This document shows, in pieces, positions 11,939 through 62,711 of a stretch of DNA of 64,000 nt. Position numbers and translations under genes: made by a program. Origin of the DNA: Catajapyx aquilonaris. Taxonomy: Eukaryota. The stretch covers positions 1-64,000 of the forward strand of contig KZ538445.1 of NCBI GenBank assembly GCA_000934665.2. The letters run 5' to 3'. The notes under the pieces were generated by a model. The model did not search any database, was not told the origin of the DNA, and worked only from the letters and a program-made list of their open reading frames with translations. Every line of letters begins with the position of its first letter. Positions within the stretch are counted from its first letter, which is position 1.

Positions 11939-14378
11939 TGCCCCAAAATCCATGTGCTCAAGACTTAAGCGAAGGAAGAGGGATGCGGATGTTGGCTACT
12001 GTTCCATAACACACACTCAAGAAAACGAGCTGCCCCAGACAAAAAGAAAAATAGAAAGATAAATTTCCAGGTTTTTTTGTGATCGTAGATGTACATGTAT
12101 TCAGGTGGGGGAAAAGAAAAGCCCTGAATATATGAAGGAAAAAAAAGAAAGAGAAAAAAAAGACATTCTTTTTATGGTTTCCCCAACCTTCACTCCCGCT
12201 CCTTCAAAATTTGCTAAAAGTGTTGGCACATCATAATAAAGGGTATCAGTCCATTTAACATATAAGGTCTCCTTTTTTTTCTATTGTTGGTGAGGATAAG
12301 TATGCATTTGTGGGGTCATCCTGATAAAAAATCATGTTATAATGGCGTGCCTTTTTGTTATTTTTTTTTCTGCGGTGGTAAAAAATGGACCTTATGACGT
12401 TACATCTGTAGTCACAGAAAGGTGTTGCACTCTATTCTTGTGTTGCTATTTTTTTGCCTTATTTTTCCTTCATGTCATAGAGAGGTAGTCATGTATGGGG
12501 ATGGAAGTGGGTGTTTGTTTCCTCTGTGTTTTCTTTTTTCGATGTCAATCACAGCTTGGGTTACTGAGCTTTGATATATAAGCGCTTTGTGCGAATTTTT
12601 TTCTCATTTTGTGACAGGTGAGGAAGGTTGTGTTGAAGTGGGATGCAAACTTTTTTTTTCTTTTTTCTTTTTTTTAAATAGCTTGCAACCTTCCTAACCT
12701 GAAGGCTTCAGCCCAATCTGTTAAGTGCAATGGCATGAAGTATTACTGGCAATAGCACCTTGGCCTGTTCACATTTTGAATTGTGTGCATTTTTAAAAAT
12801 GTACCAGTTTCTGCATTCCCCTCCCTCCCATTTTGTTCTTTTTTAATTGTACTTGCCTGCTTTTTTTTTTCTTTAGAAGGGATAGTGTTGAGATCCAATG
12901 TAACTAAACTATTGGCCTGCAGAATTATGGAGAAGCCAGATTTTTTTTTTTAACTAGTTGAGAACTGGTCATTGTTGAACGAAAACCCTGCAACGGTTTT
13001 GCACAACTGTGATCCTTGTAAAGGTGTTGATGTAATGTACAATGGCAAGCCATTAGGTGAGACAATACACAGCTGAGGTCGAGTGAGGGTTTGGTCATTT
13101 GTTTCCTGTCAATGTTCTCCAATAGATATGCATCTAAGCTCCGGTGATGTATGTTATAGCCCGTGGATCACAAAGGCAAGAGGAATTTTGAGGGTGGGAC
13201 TTGCTACGTTAGTAGTATTCCGAGATTGCTCACTTGAGAGTTGCAAGGATTATAGGTAGTCAACGAAGTGCTGAGGTACCAATTATTTTACTGTAGGTGA
13301 AGTATTCTCCAGAAGTTATAACCGTCAATGGAAGTAGTTTTATTAAACCGCATGCTGCAAGTGATGTGAAAAGGTCCTGAAAGTAGAGCTCGGTGGTTTT
13401 AAGTCCTGGAAAATAAACATACATCTGGTGTATGCTGATACAATGCAATCATCTAGTCACGAACTGTGCAAGTGTGTAGCAGCATAGCAGTGTTGGTTGT
13501 TGCCAATTACAGGTGGCCTGTATTTCCAGATTCAGTTGTCACGTTCGGCAGATTTCCATTTCGGTTAGTAGGTTTAGTGGGCTGCAGTGTCTTGCACCTT
13601 GCTGGGGCAGCCCATGGATGAAATTGCTGAAAAGTTACCTAATATTGCATCAATATGACAAGTAAATGTATTGAAATTTTTAAAGTAGAGGTATTGTACT
13701 AGGATAGTTGAATATGCCTACCTGTATTTAGGTTTTAGGTTATCATGCAACTTTGTTATTTTTAACACCGCTGCTGCCATTTTTCATAACTTGCAAGTGT
13801 GGTTTCACTTCGTTTCTAATTTTGTAAGGCTCAATATAATTACTCGACTCCCCGCAGTGGTACATCCATCTTATAATTGCGCTCGTTTTCTGACAAATCT
13901 GGGAGGCAGGTCATAGGGAGTGCAGTGTATTTGCAGGGTCACTCAAGCCAGATAGGTTTTTTGGGGGTAGGGTACGGTCTTTCCAGTCTTCCTGGACTAC
14001 TCTCATATCTAATGGCTATAGTAGTTGTTTTCAATGGCTCCTTCCCACTCGTACAAGTCAAGACCAGTGTTTGATCATTAACACTGGGAAGTGGGTAGTA
14101 CTGGAGGTCCTGTTGATGTCTCGTATATCTGTCTGTTACAACCTATCAGAAAATACCCAGTCACAATCATTATCACTGAGTAAAAGCCACCTTTCTGTTA
14201 TACCATTTTTAGAATGTTATGCAGGACTAGAATAGCTGCTAGGATTTGTAAGCTTGCCTTGACCATCATGGAATGTGAAACGGTATGTGTTTATATCTTG
14301 TCTCTCGCTGGCCCTTTAGAGTACATGCATATGTTGACTGCAAGGGGGCTGAAAGTGACACCTCAAAATAGGCCATAA

Positions 14379-14541
14379 AGGCCCATACGCACAGGCCTTC
14401 GACAGTTTTCGTCTTTGGTCACGTTGACGCCACGGACCAATCATGACTCATGTAAACAAGCACAACACAAGTGTTGCGCTTGTTTACATGAGTCAACGTG
14501 ACCAAAGACGGAAACCGTCGACGGCCTGTGTGTATGGGCCT
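14379..14541. mobile_element. PIF/Harbinger-like MITE, copy 2
   Basis: Same TIRs and TAA TSD as 3817-3986. Confidence 0.85.
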
Positions 14542-14941
14542 TAAGGCTGACCAGTATTTGCAGTTTTTATGCACTACGGCAAAGGAAGAAACTCTTGGGA
14601 TTAGAATACGATAAAAGTGATTTCTGAGCAGCAACGGGTTAGTTTTTCCCCACCCAATGCAATGTGAGGGTTGAAACCGCCTGCCACAATTTTTTGGTGC
14701 ATCCTGAGCTCTAGCATTTCACCAATAAGGAATTACGCGCACTTGAAATGCCCTTTGCACAAGGCCACGGCTAGCAAAACATAAATGTGCCTGTCAATCA
14801 GTGTTGAGCTTGGCACACAAGCTGTGACATGACACTACATACCACTTAATAATGCATAACATTTTTAGGCAAACTTGCATTAATAACTGAGCTAATAGTT
14901 GCCATTTTTTTCCTCTTTGCACTTGTTTGCAACCTGGATAG

Positions 14942-15103
14942 TGCTACGTCTGTGGACGAGTGGGTCACATCTCTGTGGATTGCCCCACGGGTGACCAAGA
15001 TGAGAAGAAGTGTTACATCTGTGGATCCGCCAGCCACATCTCCCGTAGCTGCCCTGAGGGAGGTAACCCATCCAATGAAGACACTCCCGTCTTATATAGG
15101 TAG
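14942..15103 (+). CDS. CNBP: CNBP alternative terminal coding exon adding zinc knuckles 6 and 7
   Basis: Polypyrimidine tract plus TAG acceptor in phase 0; encodes CYVCGRVGHISVDC...CYICGSASHISRSC...LYR*; AATAAA at 15271. Confidence 0.82.
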   Translation, partial: CYVCGRVGHISVDCPTGDQDEKKCYICGSASHISRSCPEGGNPSNEDTPVLYR

Positions 15104-16221
15104 GGGACAACTGGCTGGATGAGAAGAGGACAGAGGAGGACGAAATTTGAGGCGATGAGGACATGCGAATGACAAAGGAGCTAAAAAAAATGATAGAAAT
15201 GAAAAAAAAAAAAGTTGACGCCATCCTTAATAGGAGGCAACATTTAAAAGAATGGGTTGATAAACCCATTAATAAACTGTGTTTTTGGGGGGAGTGCTCT
15301 GGGCATGATATGATCTGCGAGGTGGGGTGATTAATTTTTTTTTTTTATTATGACACACAGTTGGGGTAGTGTAGCTGCTTGATTTTGTGGCGGGCGGGGG
15401 TTTTCCGGCACAAAGTTCGGGGTTTCAGTGTGGACTGTGTTTACTGGGGAGATGCAACCTGCAGATGTTACTTAATTTATTTTTTTGTGTCCTTTACACC
15501 TTTTTTTTTTTGCATCACCACAGAGTAATCATCCCATGCCCTGAGTAGTAATTATGGGACAATACCTAACATAAGTACAGGGGGGAGGCTTAGGAGGGGG
15601 ATGTAGCGACTTTTTTTTTGGGTGGAGATCTGTGACTTGGAGAGGTTTGAGTCATGGAGCTGATAATACATTTATTTTTGTTCAGTTTAAGAAAAATAAT
15701 GTTTTTTGATCAATTCTTTCCCAAAACTCCTTTGCATCCGAACCTTTCGAAGAGAGGTCCCCTTACGAAACTCCTGACGGCACCTCGGGATTGCGAGACT
15801 GCCAAAGGTTTTCACGAATCACTGAAAGTGACCTAAGAAATTTTCCAGGACATGGTTGATTTGCAGTTGTGTGGTGGAGACATTTTGACTTTTCTGAAAG
15901 CATTGTAACCATATGTGTATTTCTTGAAGAAAAACGTTGAGGTAGGAGGTAACAATTATTTTTTGGGTGAAGCTTGTTGTTTTGTGGGGTGACGTCGAGG
16001 TGCATAGTTGGGGGCATTCATTAAGACTGGGAGATTGAAGGTGTCTCTACAGCCCCTCCTGTTACATCTGATTCTATAATAAAATCAGCATTCAGGAAAA
16101 GGACAAAAAAAACAACAGCAGTTAGGTTTCATTTACTGGTAGACACTAGTTCCATCTTGAAAATTTACAGGTTAGGTATGTTGCATCTGAAGAGCATCTG
16201 CCATACTCAAGAAGATAGTAG

Positions 16222-16327
16222 GTACTATATCGCCCAAAAAGATAGAGACGATTTTGCATTTGACTCAAGTGCAACTTGCACTTGAATCAAATGCCAATCG
16301 TCTCTATCTTTTTGAGCGATATAGTAC
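16222..16327. repeat. ~106-bp near-perfect palindrome (MITE-like hairpin)
   Basis: GTACTATATCGCCCAAAAAGATAGAGACGATT...AATCGTCTCTATCTTTTTGAGCGATATAGTAC. Confidence 0.85.
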
Positions 16328-17112
16328 TTCAATTCCTGTCTTGTACCTCACATAAGACCGACTATGTACAGTTTGGGAGTAGATTTGATATCCGCTGGCA
16401 ACCCCATATCTTTTTGGGAAACGCCGTGATGATGGTGATGTAGCCAGATCTTCACCTTACACATGGAGAAAGGAGTCGCAAACTGGGAACATGTTCATAA
16501 TACAGAAATCTTGCCCCTGTCAATTTTTATGGGGCTGCATCAAGATCAGGAGACTATTAAAGGTGCCTTTACATGTGAGCGATTTGATGAGGGAAGTCGT
16601 CGCCGAGCGAAGTAACCAATATTGTTTGAGGTGAAAGTAACAATCGATTTTCGCCTCAAACAATATTGGTTACTTGGGTTACTCGGCGATGGCATCACAC
16701 ACATGTAAATGCACCTTAATGTTACATTGTATGTTGCGAAAGCATATGTATATTTTGTTCTTACAAAGCTCAAAAAACTGGTATGCATTTTACTAACAGA
16801 TAAAAATATAAAAAATACTATGGTTACAGTAATATTTAACAAGTGAAAAAATTCCCCCCAAAAAGTATTTTAAATGCAAAAATAAGACGGTGGTCAGTTG
16901 CCCCCCACCGCACTAACTAATAGTGATGTTATAGTGTGGGTAATCATTACCCAGCCTGCTCAAAGTATTTCCACACAGCATGACCTGTGTCATCTACCAT
17001 GCAAGTAGCTCTTGGACGCCCTTCAAGCTGCAGTACATGGGTTTCCTCTCTCTTACAACCGTCCTGACAATCATGGTAGCTACCGTTGTGCTCACAATTC
17101 AAGTAAGTTTCC

Positions 17113-17200
17113 ATATCCTTGGCCCCATCCAATGGTGGTACTCCACCCCCCTAATGGAGCGCCGATTCTCCCAATGGGGTATTAATGAATTAATTAAATA
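17113..17200 (+). mobile_element. 3' fragment of the SINE family seen at 415-680
   Basis: Shares TATCCTTGGCCC and CCTAATGGAGCGCCGATTCTCCCAATGG plus an A/T-rich tail. Confidence 0.55.
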
Positions 17201-17567
17201 AATAAATTCAAGTGACCTTTTGAGTGTGGCGGGTACAGATGACGTCACTCCAAGCCGCGTGGTTTGAGGGGGATGGGTGGGTGGGTGGGTGCGAGGTCGA
17301 CCTTCACTTGTTTCCCCCCCCCCGCTACCCTTGCCCCTCCCCCCTTCATGTCCGCATCCCGTGTGTGCTGCCATCTGCCAGCATTCCTCCCACATCCAAT
17401 TTTTCTCCATGTCCTCGCCACCCCTGCCAACCCTTCCCTCGGTACATGTCACAGTCGGTGGAGGCGGCCATCATGCCTTTCTGAACCAGAGGAACTGCAG
17501 CGCTGCACCGCAGGGATAAGGGGCACAGGGCCCTTGGACACTGCAGGCCAAGCCACCCCAAGGAAGG

Positions 17568-55960
<38,393 letters not shown>

Positions 55961-58303
55961 ACAACTGCCGACCCTATCTCTCTATATCTTGGCTACCCAA
56001 ACCACACCACTGTACCCCTCCCCTTTTATTGAAATCCTATAGTACTCAACAGTGATGCAAAAAAAAAAAATTTAATTAAAAATTGATAGGATCTGATAGG
56101 TTTTTCCTGTATCTCCTTTCCCTCCTCCCCCTTCCTTCAATCGGCTGCCTGTCATTATTTATGAGTAGGGGATCATGACTCGAGTGTGCAGGACCCTTCT
56201 AATGGAAGTCTTTTCTTTTTATAAGAACAAAAAAAAAATGGTGGATGAGGAACTAGTGTAGTGTGCATGATTAATAGGACCATAGACCATAGGGCTGTAC
56301 ATGAAAGTACATGTTTCGTTCTACAAGTAAGTGGAAATAAAATGAATATGCAGAAGAGAGACGTGACAACATGCGGAAATGGAGTGGCAAAGTGACAGTG
56401 TGAAACCAGGAGCCGACTTTTTTGTGTTTTGTCTTAATTTTGGTTCACCAGGCTCTACTACTTTTGCGTTGTACTTGTAACGGGTGGAAAAGGTTGTCTG
56501 GTTGCTTTTTGCCGGTGTGAACTGTTGAGAAGGGTATTTTTGTAACGGAGCTGGGCAACTCCCGTGCAAATATTGTGATTTTTTTCTATTCTTCTGTCCT
56601 GAAGTCTCTTTTATACGAGGGCGGGGTAATAGCAGGAAGTAGTGGTCTCTGGCTTTTTATTTATCCTGCTGTTTGTGACACATTTTCGAACTTGGCCTGC
56701 CTGGCATTTTCAAAACTCAATATAGCTTACCACTAGCAGCAGCAATTCAGGCAACATTTTCAGCAAATCCGTAGGGTTATGAAGTTGAGTAGAGCTGTGA
56801 ACTACCCCTCCCCCTCCTATTCCCCACATTCCCTCTTTATTTTTAAATTTGTTTGTTGAAGAGTGCATAAACAATGTGAAGAGAATAGTAATGAAGCATA
56901 ATATCACCCCCCATGTTCCTCCCACCACCATTTGAGTTAAAAACGGACAGTCGTAAATAAAGGATCGCTGATTCCATGATGTACAGATTTGTTACACAGC
57001 ACAATAGGCAAGCAGTGAGACGGGGAAGTTTTCAAGACGCCCTCAGTTCTGCCCTCCTCCTTTTGCGCTGAGCCACTACGCTCTGCCTCCACCTGAAGCT
57101 CATTAGTGACGGTATCATATTTATAAAAATTCACTATAATTTAAGCATTTTCTCGACTAGAAAAAAAAATAAAGAAGGTAGAGTTGTACATTGTTTCCTT
57201 TTTTTTTTAGTTAGCAGTACCTGTAGCTTGGAAAAATTGTCGGCCAATTCCTTGCTCTAGATAAGTTAGTGCGCGACATGCTGACGTGTACTGTACCGAC
57301 CAGGCCTGAATCTTGGACGTCTCGCACAAACTTGCAGAAGGGGCCATAATCTTCTGGAGAAACTTTCCAATGGCGTTAATCCTTGACTGGGAAGGAACCC
57401 CAGAAGCAGTTAATTTTGTTACTCTCAAATGTGATGATTTTTATTCTCGCTAGCCTCACCCTGTAAATTCCCCTCTGCGAGCACCTCCCGCAAGTTTGCG
57501 CAAGACATTGAAGATTCGGGCTGTAACCTCCGACGTGCCAAGTTCTGCTCTCTGCATTTGAAAGAAAAATTGCATTACAGGTACAGGGTGCCCCTACATG
57601 TTGCAATTATGATGCATGAGAAGGATTTTGCAGAACATTGCAATACGAAGGCCTGAATGTGACAAATTCATTCAGTAACACCCTGTCCAGCAAATAAGTT
57701 TTTGTCTGGGCATACACATCTCAAATGTTAAAGAGTAGTAATCAAGAGGTACAGTACCGGTTGGGGCTTGATTCTCTATTGATAGGTCATGGCGGATCAT
57801 GCACTTTGAGAAAGCAAGCTACACGTTTCTCTCACACAAGCATTAATCACCGACTGGTGATGTGCCTGATACATCTGTGGGGTTCTGAGCGTCAGTCACT
57901 GATGACGGGGCCCATCCCACGAGTATTGCAACTTAATGATTCACCAGTGTCCAGAGGGCAAGACATCAGAGGCCATTGGCCCTCTTTCAAGTTTGAATAT
58001 GGCGCTTGTGACTTGAACAAATATGGCCTCCACGTGTATGGCAGCGACTAATTTATATCAGGTTACATCATATTTATCATTAACGGTACATACTTTTTAC
58101 ACACTGGTAAGGAGCCCCATGAATTTAGGCGTGATTTGTGACACCGATGGTGACAAGGGTGATGTCACCACGTGATTAGATCATCACTGCACCCTCATCA
58201 TTTGGTGGTCCTCCTGCTGCACCGTTGCGATTCGGACCTCCTGGCAGTGGACAGTGTCCGCCGCATTGTCTTAATCCCTGCCCGTGGGGGCGAGAGTGTG
58301 GTG

Positions 58304-58700
58304 ATGCTCCTGTTCTGCCCTACCTGCGCCAACATCCTCGGGGTGGAGGAAGGGGCCCACCGAGGGCAGAGCTGCCTCCGATTCGCCTGCAACACGTGTC
58401 CGTACGTCCACAACGTCACACACAAGATCAGCAGCAGGGTCTATCCCAAGCTCAAGGTATGCAACTGGGCACACATTCGCCCTCTTGCCTTTCGAGTAAC
58501 ACATGCTTTTGCAGGAGGTGGACGACGTGCTGGGTGGCTCGGCCGCCTGGGAGAACGTGGACTCCACCACGGAGACCTGCCCCAAGTGCAGCCACCACCG
58601 TGCCTACTTCATGCAGATACAGACCCGATCCGCTGACGAGCCCATGACCACCTTCTACAAGTGCTGCAGTCCTCAGTGCGGACACCGCTGGAGGGACTAA
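58304..58700 (+). CDS. POLR3K: RNA polymerase III subunit RPC11 (112 aa)
   Basis: Exons 58304-58456 and 58515-58700. MLLFCPTC...RFACNTCPY, KLKEVDDVLGG and the TFIIS-like zinc ribbon CPKC..AYFMQIQTRSADEPMTTFYKCC. Confidence 0.96.
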
Positions 58701-58763
58701 TAGACAGCACCTGTGTGTGTGTGTGTGTGTGGACGGGTGGTCTTTTGAACAGACTGTTTTTCG

Positions 58764-59453
58764 ATGAATAAACTGGCAGCACTGATGACTGATGTGCTGC
58801 GGCTTGTCCCACCAAATGGTGTGACTGCTGGTAACTTGGAGGCTCTGGCCAGGCGCGCTGCAGAGGCCCTGCTGAAAGGACACGTCATAGCTATTCCCAC
58901 TGATACTGTGTATGGTATTGCGGCCTTGGCACAAGACACTGGTGCAGTGCAAAGCCTGTACGACATAAAAGGCCGCAACGGAAAGAAGCCAGTTGCGATC
59001 TGCGTTGGTAGCATCCCAGAAGTAGGCCGTTGGGGCACTGTTAACGTCCCAAATCAGGTCTTGCATGAGCTTTTGCCAGGACCTGTGACCCTTGTATTCA
59101 AACGCACTCCAGAACTCAATCCCGGCTTGAATCCAGACACTGATCTGGTTGGTATTCGCATTCCGGACCACGAGTTTGTGCATCGTGTTGCAGTCCTCTG
59201 TGGCAGCCCTCTTGCCCTCACCAGTGCCAATCCAAGTGCATCGCAAAGTACTCTGAGTGCAGACGAGTTTAAGGAACTGTGGCCCAAGTTGAGGTGTGTA
59301 TTTGATGGGGGAAGACTAGGGGATGCACGGGAGGGGTCTACAGTGGTAGACCTGTCCACCCCAGGAACTTACAGAGTCATACGAGACGGGAGTGCACTTG
59401 GACCTACCAAGTGTGTGCTGGACATATACCTACGCTGTGAGAATAACATGTAA
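58764..59453 (+). CDS. YRDC: Threonylcarbamoyl-AMP synthase (YrdC/Sua5; t6A tRNA modification), intronless
   Basis: Motifs PTDTVYG, KGR..KP, LPGPVT, GIRIP, PLALTSANPS and GSTVVD. Confidence 0.95.
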   Translation: MNKLAALMTDVLRLVPPNGVTAGNLEALARRAAEALLKGHVIAIPTDTVYGIAALAQDTGAVQSLYDIKGRNGKKPVAICVGSIPEVGRWGTVNVPNQVLHELLPGPVTLVFKRTPELNPGLNPDTDLVGIRIPDHEFVHRVAVLCGSPLALTSANPSASQSTLSADEFKELWPKLRCVFDGGRLGDAREGSTVVDLSTPGTYRVIRDGSALGPTKCVLDIYLRCENNM

Positions 59454-59530
59454 CAGGAGGTGAGTGTCACAATCCATGCCCCACGGCAGGTGATCTAAAG
59501 ATATAAATTTCCAAGCCCCATACAGGGATC

Positions 59531-62281
59531 ATGGCGCTTCGTAGTCGAGCATCAAGCCGTGAGGCTGCTGTCAAGGCCTCGCTGACTGCCAACCTGATCG
59601 AGTACATCAAGGAGGTTCAGCTGAAGCATGCCAACCTCGGAGGAAAACTCACAACGGAGGAGGAGACGAACGAGCTGTGCACAGTGCTGGAGGCCATCTT
59701 CGTCCATGGCCTCAAGGACACACTCATGAAACGTGTTTCTTCAGCCCTGGGTGGGGACCATCCTGACAGGCGCATGCCAGAACCCGACTTCTGGAGCCCT
59801 CTCATGGTGTTCTCACACAAGGATGTCATGGAGCAAATTGCATGTTACACTAGAATTGTTACTGACATTGGACGTTGCAGGGCATGGCTTCGTTTAGCAT
59901 TAAACGAAGGGTTGATGAGTAGTTACTTGGCAGCAATGCATAAAGATAAGTCGACCCTGAAGGATTATTACTCGAAGCATGCGTACTTGCGAGACTCTGA
60001 ACATTTTGATATCATGCGGACGTATTTAGTGGGAGTTGAGGAGTACGAGTTTCAACTCGCCTGCAATTCAAGTGTGTTGAATTCTTGGACAAGCTCGCCA
60101 CTTGCTCTGGCAGGACTGTGGATTCCGCCAATGGCAAGGCCTGCTGCTGTGGTGCAGGGTGTGGATGCAATTGAGGTCCTAGGTGAGGAGGTGCCTGCCT
60201 TTCCAAGTTTCGTGAGGCCAGAGCCCATGCCGTATGTCGCTAGAACACCAGTTCTCAATGAAGACGAGGCCTTGAGGGTGATTCTGGCCCCACGGCAGGA
60301 AGAGGAGGAGGATCCAGAGCCAGCAGCCATGAAAGGAGCTAGGAGGAAGGTGCGGCGCCGGAAAATAGTGCTAAAGGAACCACCTGATGATGTCAATGTT
60401 CCTAAGCCAGAAACTGTAGCCAAAACTGTAGAAGAATTGCCTAAGCTTGTAGTGGATGACGTTGCGCTTAAAAGCAATACAGAATCAGAACTGGAAGGTG
60501 ACCCAGAGCCAAAGCTCGAAGAAACTAAACCGACTGACATAACCTCATCAAATGGGGTTGTGTCAGATGGCACAGATGTATCTCCAAATGAGCCCAAGGA
60601 TGAGTCGGAAGAATCAGGTGTGGGAAATTCTCTTGGAGGTCGCCTGGGATGGTCGTCGTCTTTTGAAGAAGACCAAGAGGAATGTTCGGAGCTCTCAACG
60701 TCTACTATTTCGAGGCAGTCTTCCGAACCTGAGAGCTTCCAGAGCCTGCTACAAAACTATAGCCCACTAACAAAGCCCATTCCCAGGTCAGCCAATCCAG
60801 ATTTTGAGGTCGTGTGTCCGGCAGCCAACGACACTCCTGCGGCCCACTCGAAGGAGGAGGAGGAGGAAATTATCAGGGTGTGTATTTGGGCCAAGTTGAA
60901 GGTGACAATCTAATTTTCAGTCACAGTTGCCATTCCATGCAACTTGATGGGTTGTCAACTTTCCAGATATCAGTAGTTAAAAGCTCATGCTGAGACACCT
61001 TTCCTAACGAATTTTCTCTCCCGGGTTTCTCTCCTGTTTTTTTCTCTCTGCCTTGCGAAGAGTCCGACAAGCCCCGGATCAGACTTTGAGATCATCCGTC
61101 ATGCACACCTGGTCAGTATAGTCTGAGCGTCACTGGGCACCTCTCGGATTGCATGCGTATATCTTGTGGGTTTGTTAGTTGTAGTTTCTCGGGTGCTTTC
61201 GACACACTTTTTTGTTTCATTTCTGCACAGAAAAGTCCTGTGTTGAGTGACTGCGGATTTACTTACAAATACTTACTGCTTTTTTGTCTCGCTTCATGCT
61301 AGTTGTCATCACCACAGCACATTTCAACTTATTTTCTACTTCACTGGGGTACTAATGCACTAGTGGTTGTGACAACATTGTGATTGAATGCGTACTCGAA
61401 TTCTGAACTTTCCTGCAGGAGTACAACATGTCACAGCTTCGTCGAATCGCCACCGAGCAAGGACTTGACTCGCAGAACTATGAGTGCAAGAGCTGTGGAC
61501 GACCCATAGGCATGATATATGGGAAGCCCCGCGTCTGCTCCTTCAGTGGGCACTATTTCTGTTACGAGTGCCATGAGAATGAGGAGTCGGAGATTCCGGC
61601 TCGGATTGTGCACAACTGGGACTTCCAGAGGCATCCTGTCTCCCGAGGAGCCTTACGCTTCCTCTCCCAGGTGGAACACGAGCCTCTGCTCAACATCATG
61701 GAGATCAACCCAATCCTGTACCATGTCATCGAAGAGATGAACGAACTGCAGTCGCTGAGGACGCAGCTCAACTTTCTGCGAGCATACCTGTACACCTGTA
61801 GGGAACCAGTCATCGAGGAGCTCAGGCACAGGGTGTGGCCCAGGGAATACCTTTGCGAGCATGTGCACCTGTACTCGCTGTCGGTGAGTCCCATTACTTT
61901 TGGGGGATCAGTATCGACATTAATTTCGTCCCTTTTCCACAGGATTTACTGACCGCACCGACACGTGAACTGGCCCACAAGCTTCAGAAGGTCGTTGCAT
62001 TTGCACGGTCACATGTGGCCAGCTGCTGCACATGCAATCCCAAGGGCTTCATCTGCGAAGTCTGCGACAACCCACAAATTATCTACCCTTTTGATTTGAG
62101 CACCACATATCGGGTATGTGCAGCAACCTCGATTGTGATGCTGATTAGTGACCTAACCGCTTCCATTTTCCAGTGCCCCACCTGCTGTGCCGTGTTCCAC
62201 AGGAATTGCCTGGATTCGGCCAAGCCTTGCCCCAAGTGCGAGAGGCGGAAGAAGCGCCAGGACCCACTGGAGCTGCCGTAA
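59531..62281 (+). CDS. PLEKHM1: PLEKHM1-like RUN + Rubicon-homology (zf-RING_9/DUF4206) protein
   Basis: Exons 59531-60877, 61061-61111, 61419-61883, 61943-62113 and 62174-62281, all phase 0. RUN motifs LEAIFVHGLK and GRCRAWLRLALNE; RH motifs GLDSQNYEC, IPARIVHNWDF, KGFICEVC and CPKCER. No PH domains seen. Confidence 0.88.
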
Positions 62282-62711
62282 TCCTCGCTTCCAAAACTGT
62301 CTGCGATACAGAAAGCATAATAAGTCAAGACCACTGTGATGCCTATATTTCCCTATAAATGTTGTACACCACCCGCGTTGAAGATGTGCCTATGCTGCGT
62401 TGGCTTCCTTGCGAGCATTGATATAATTATGTTTCAGGGGGATTTGAAATCATGTTGGGGGTTTTGCTATTTTATTCAGTCAATTTAAATACATGCAAAT
62501 TTTTGTAAAACTGATTCAAAATGCAAATTTCAGGACCAAATCATGCGATGTAACACGATTGTGCATAATAAATTTTTTTGAAGTGTTGCACATTTTTTGG
62601 CCTTTTTTTTTTAGGGGGGCGGGGTTGATTTGGGCGCCATCTGTCGGATGGTTGTGATTGGCTGTGCATCTGGCCACACTGCTTCTGGTGGCGCCAAAGG
62701 TGCCTCTAGTG

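Noticed and set aside
58698..58766. POLR3K-YRDC fusion by stop-codon readthrough (the two CDSs are in the same frame)
   Set aside because: TAA is followed immediately by TAG, and a further in-frame TGA lies in the spacer.
58452..59246. 264-aa minus-strand ORF
   Set aside because: Antisense shadow of POLR3K/YRDC with no recognisable domain.
61231..61302. Strong acceptor giving a truncated PLEKHM1 tail (KSPVLSDC...LASC*)
   Set aside because: No convincing in-phase donor or nearby poly(A) signal; cannot be supported without RNA data.
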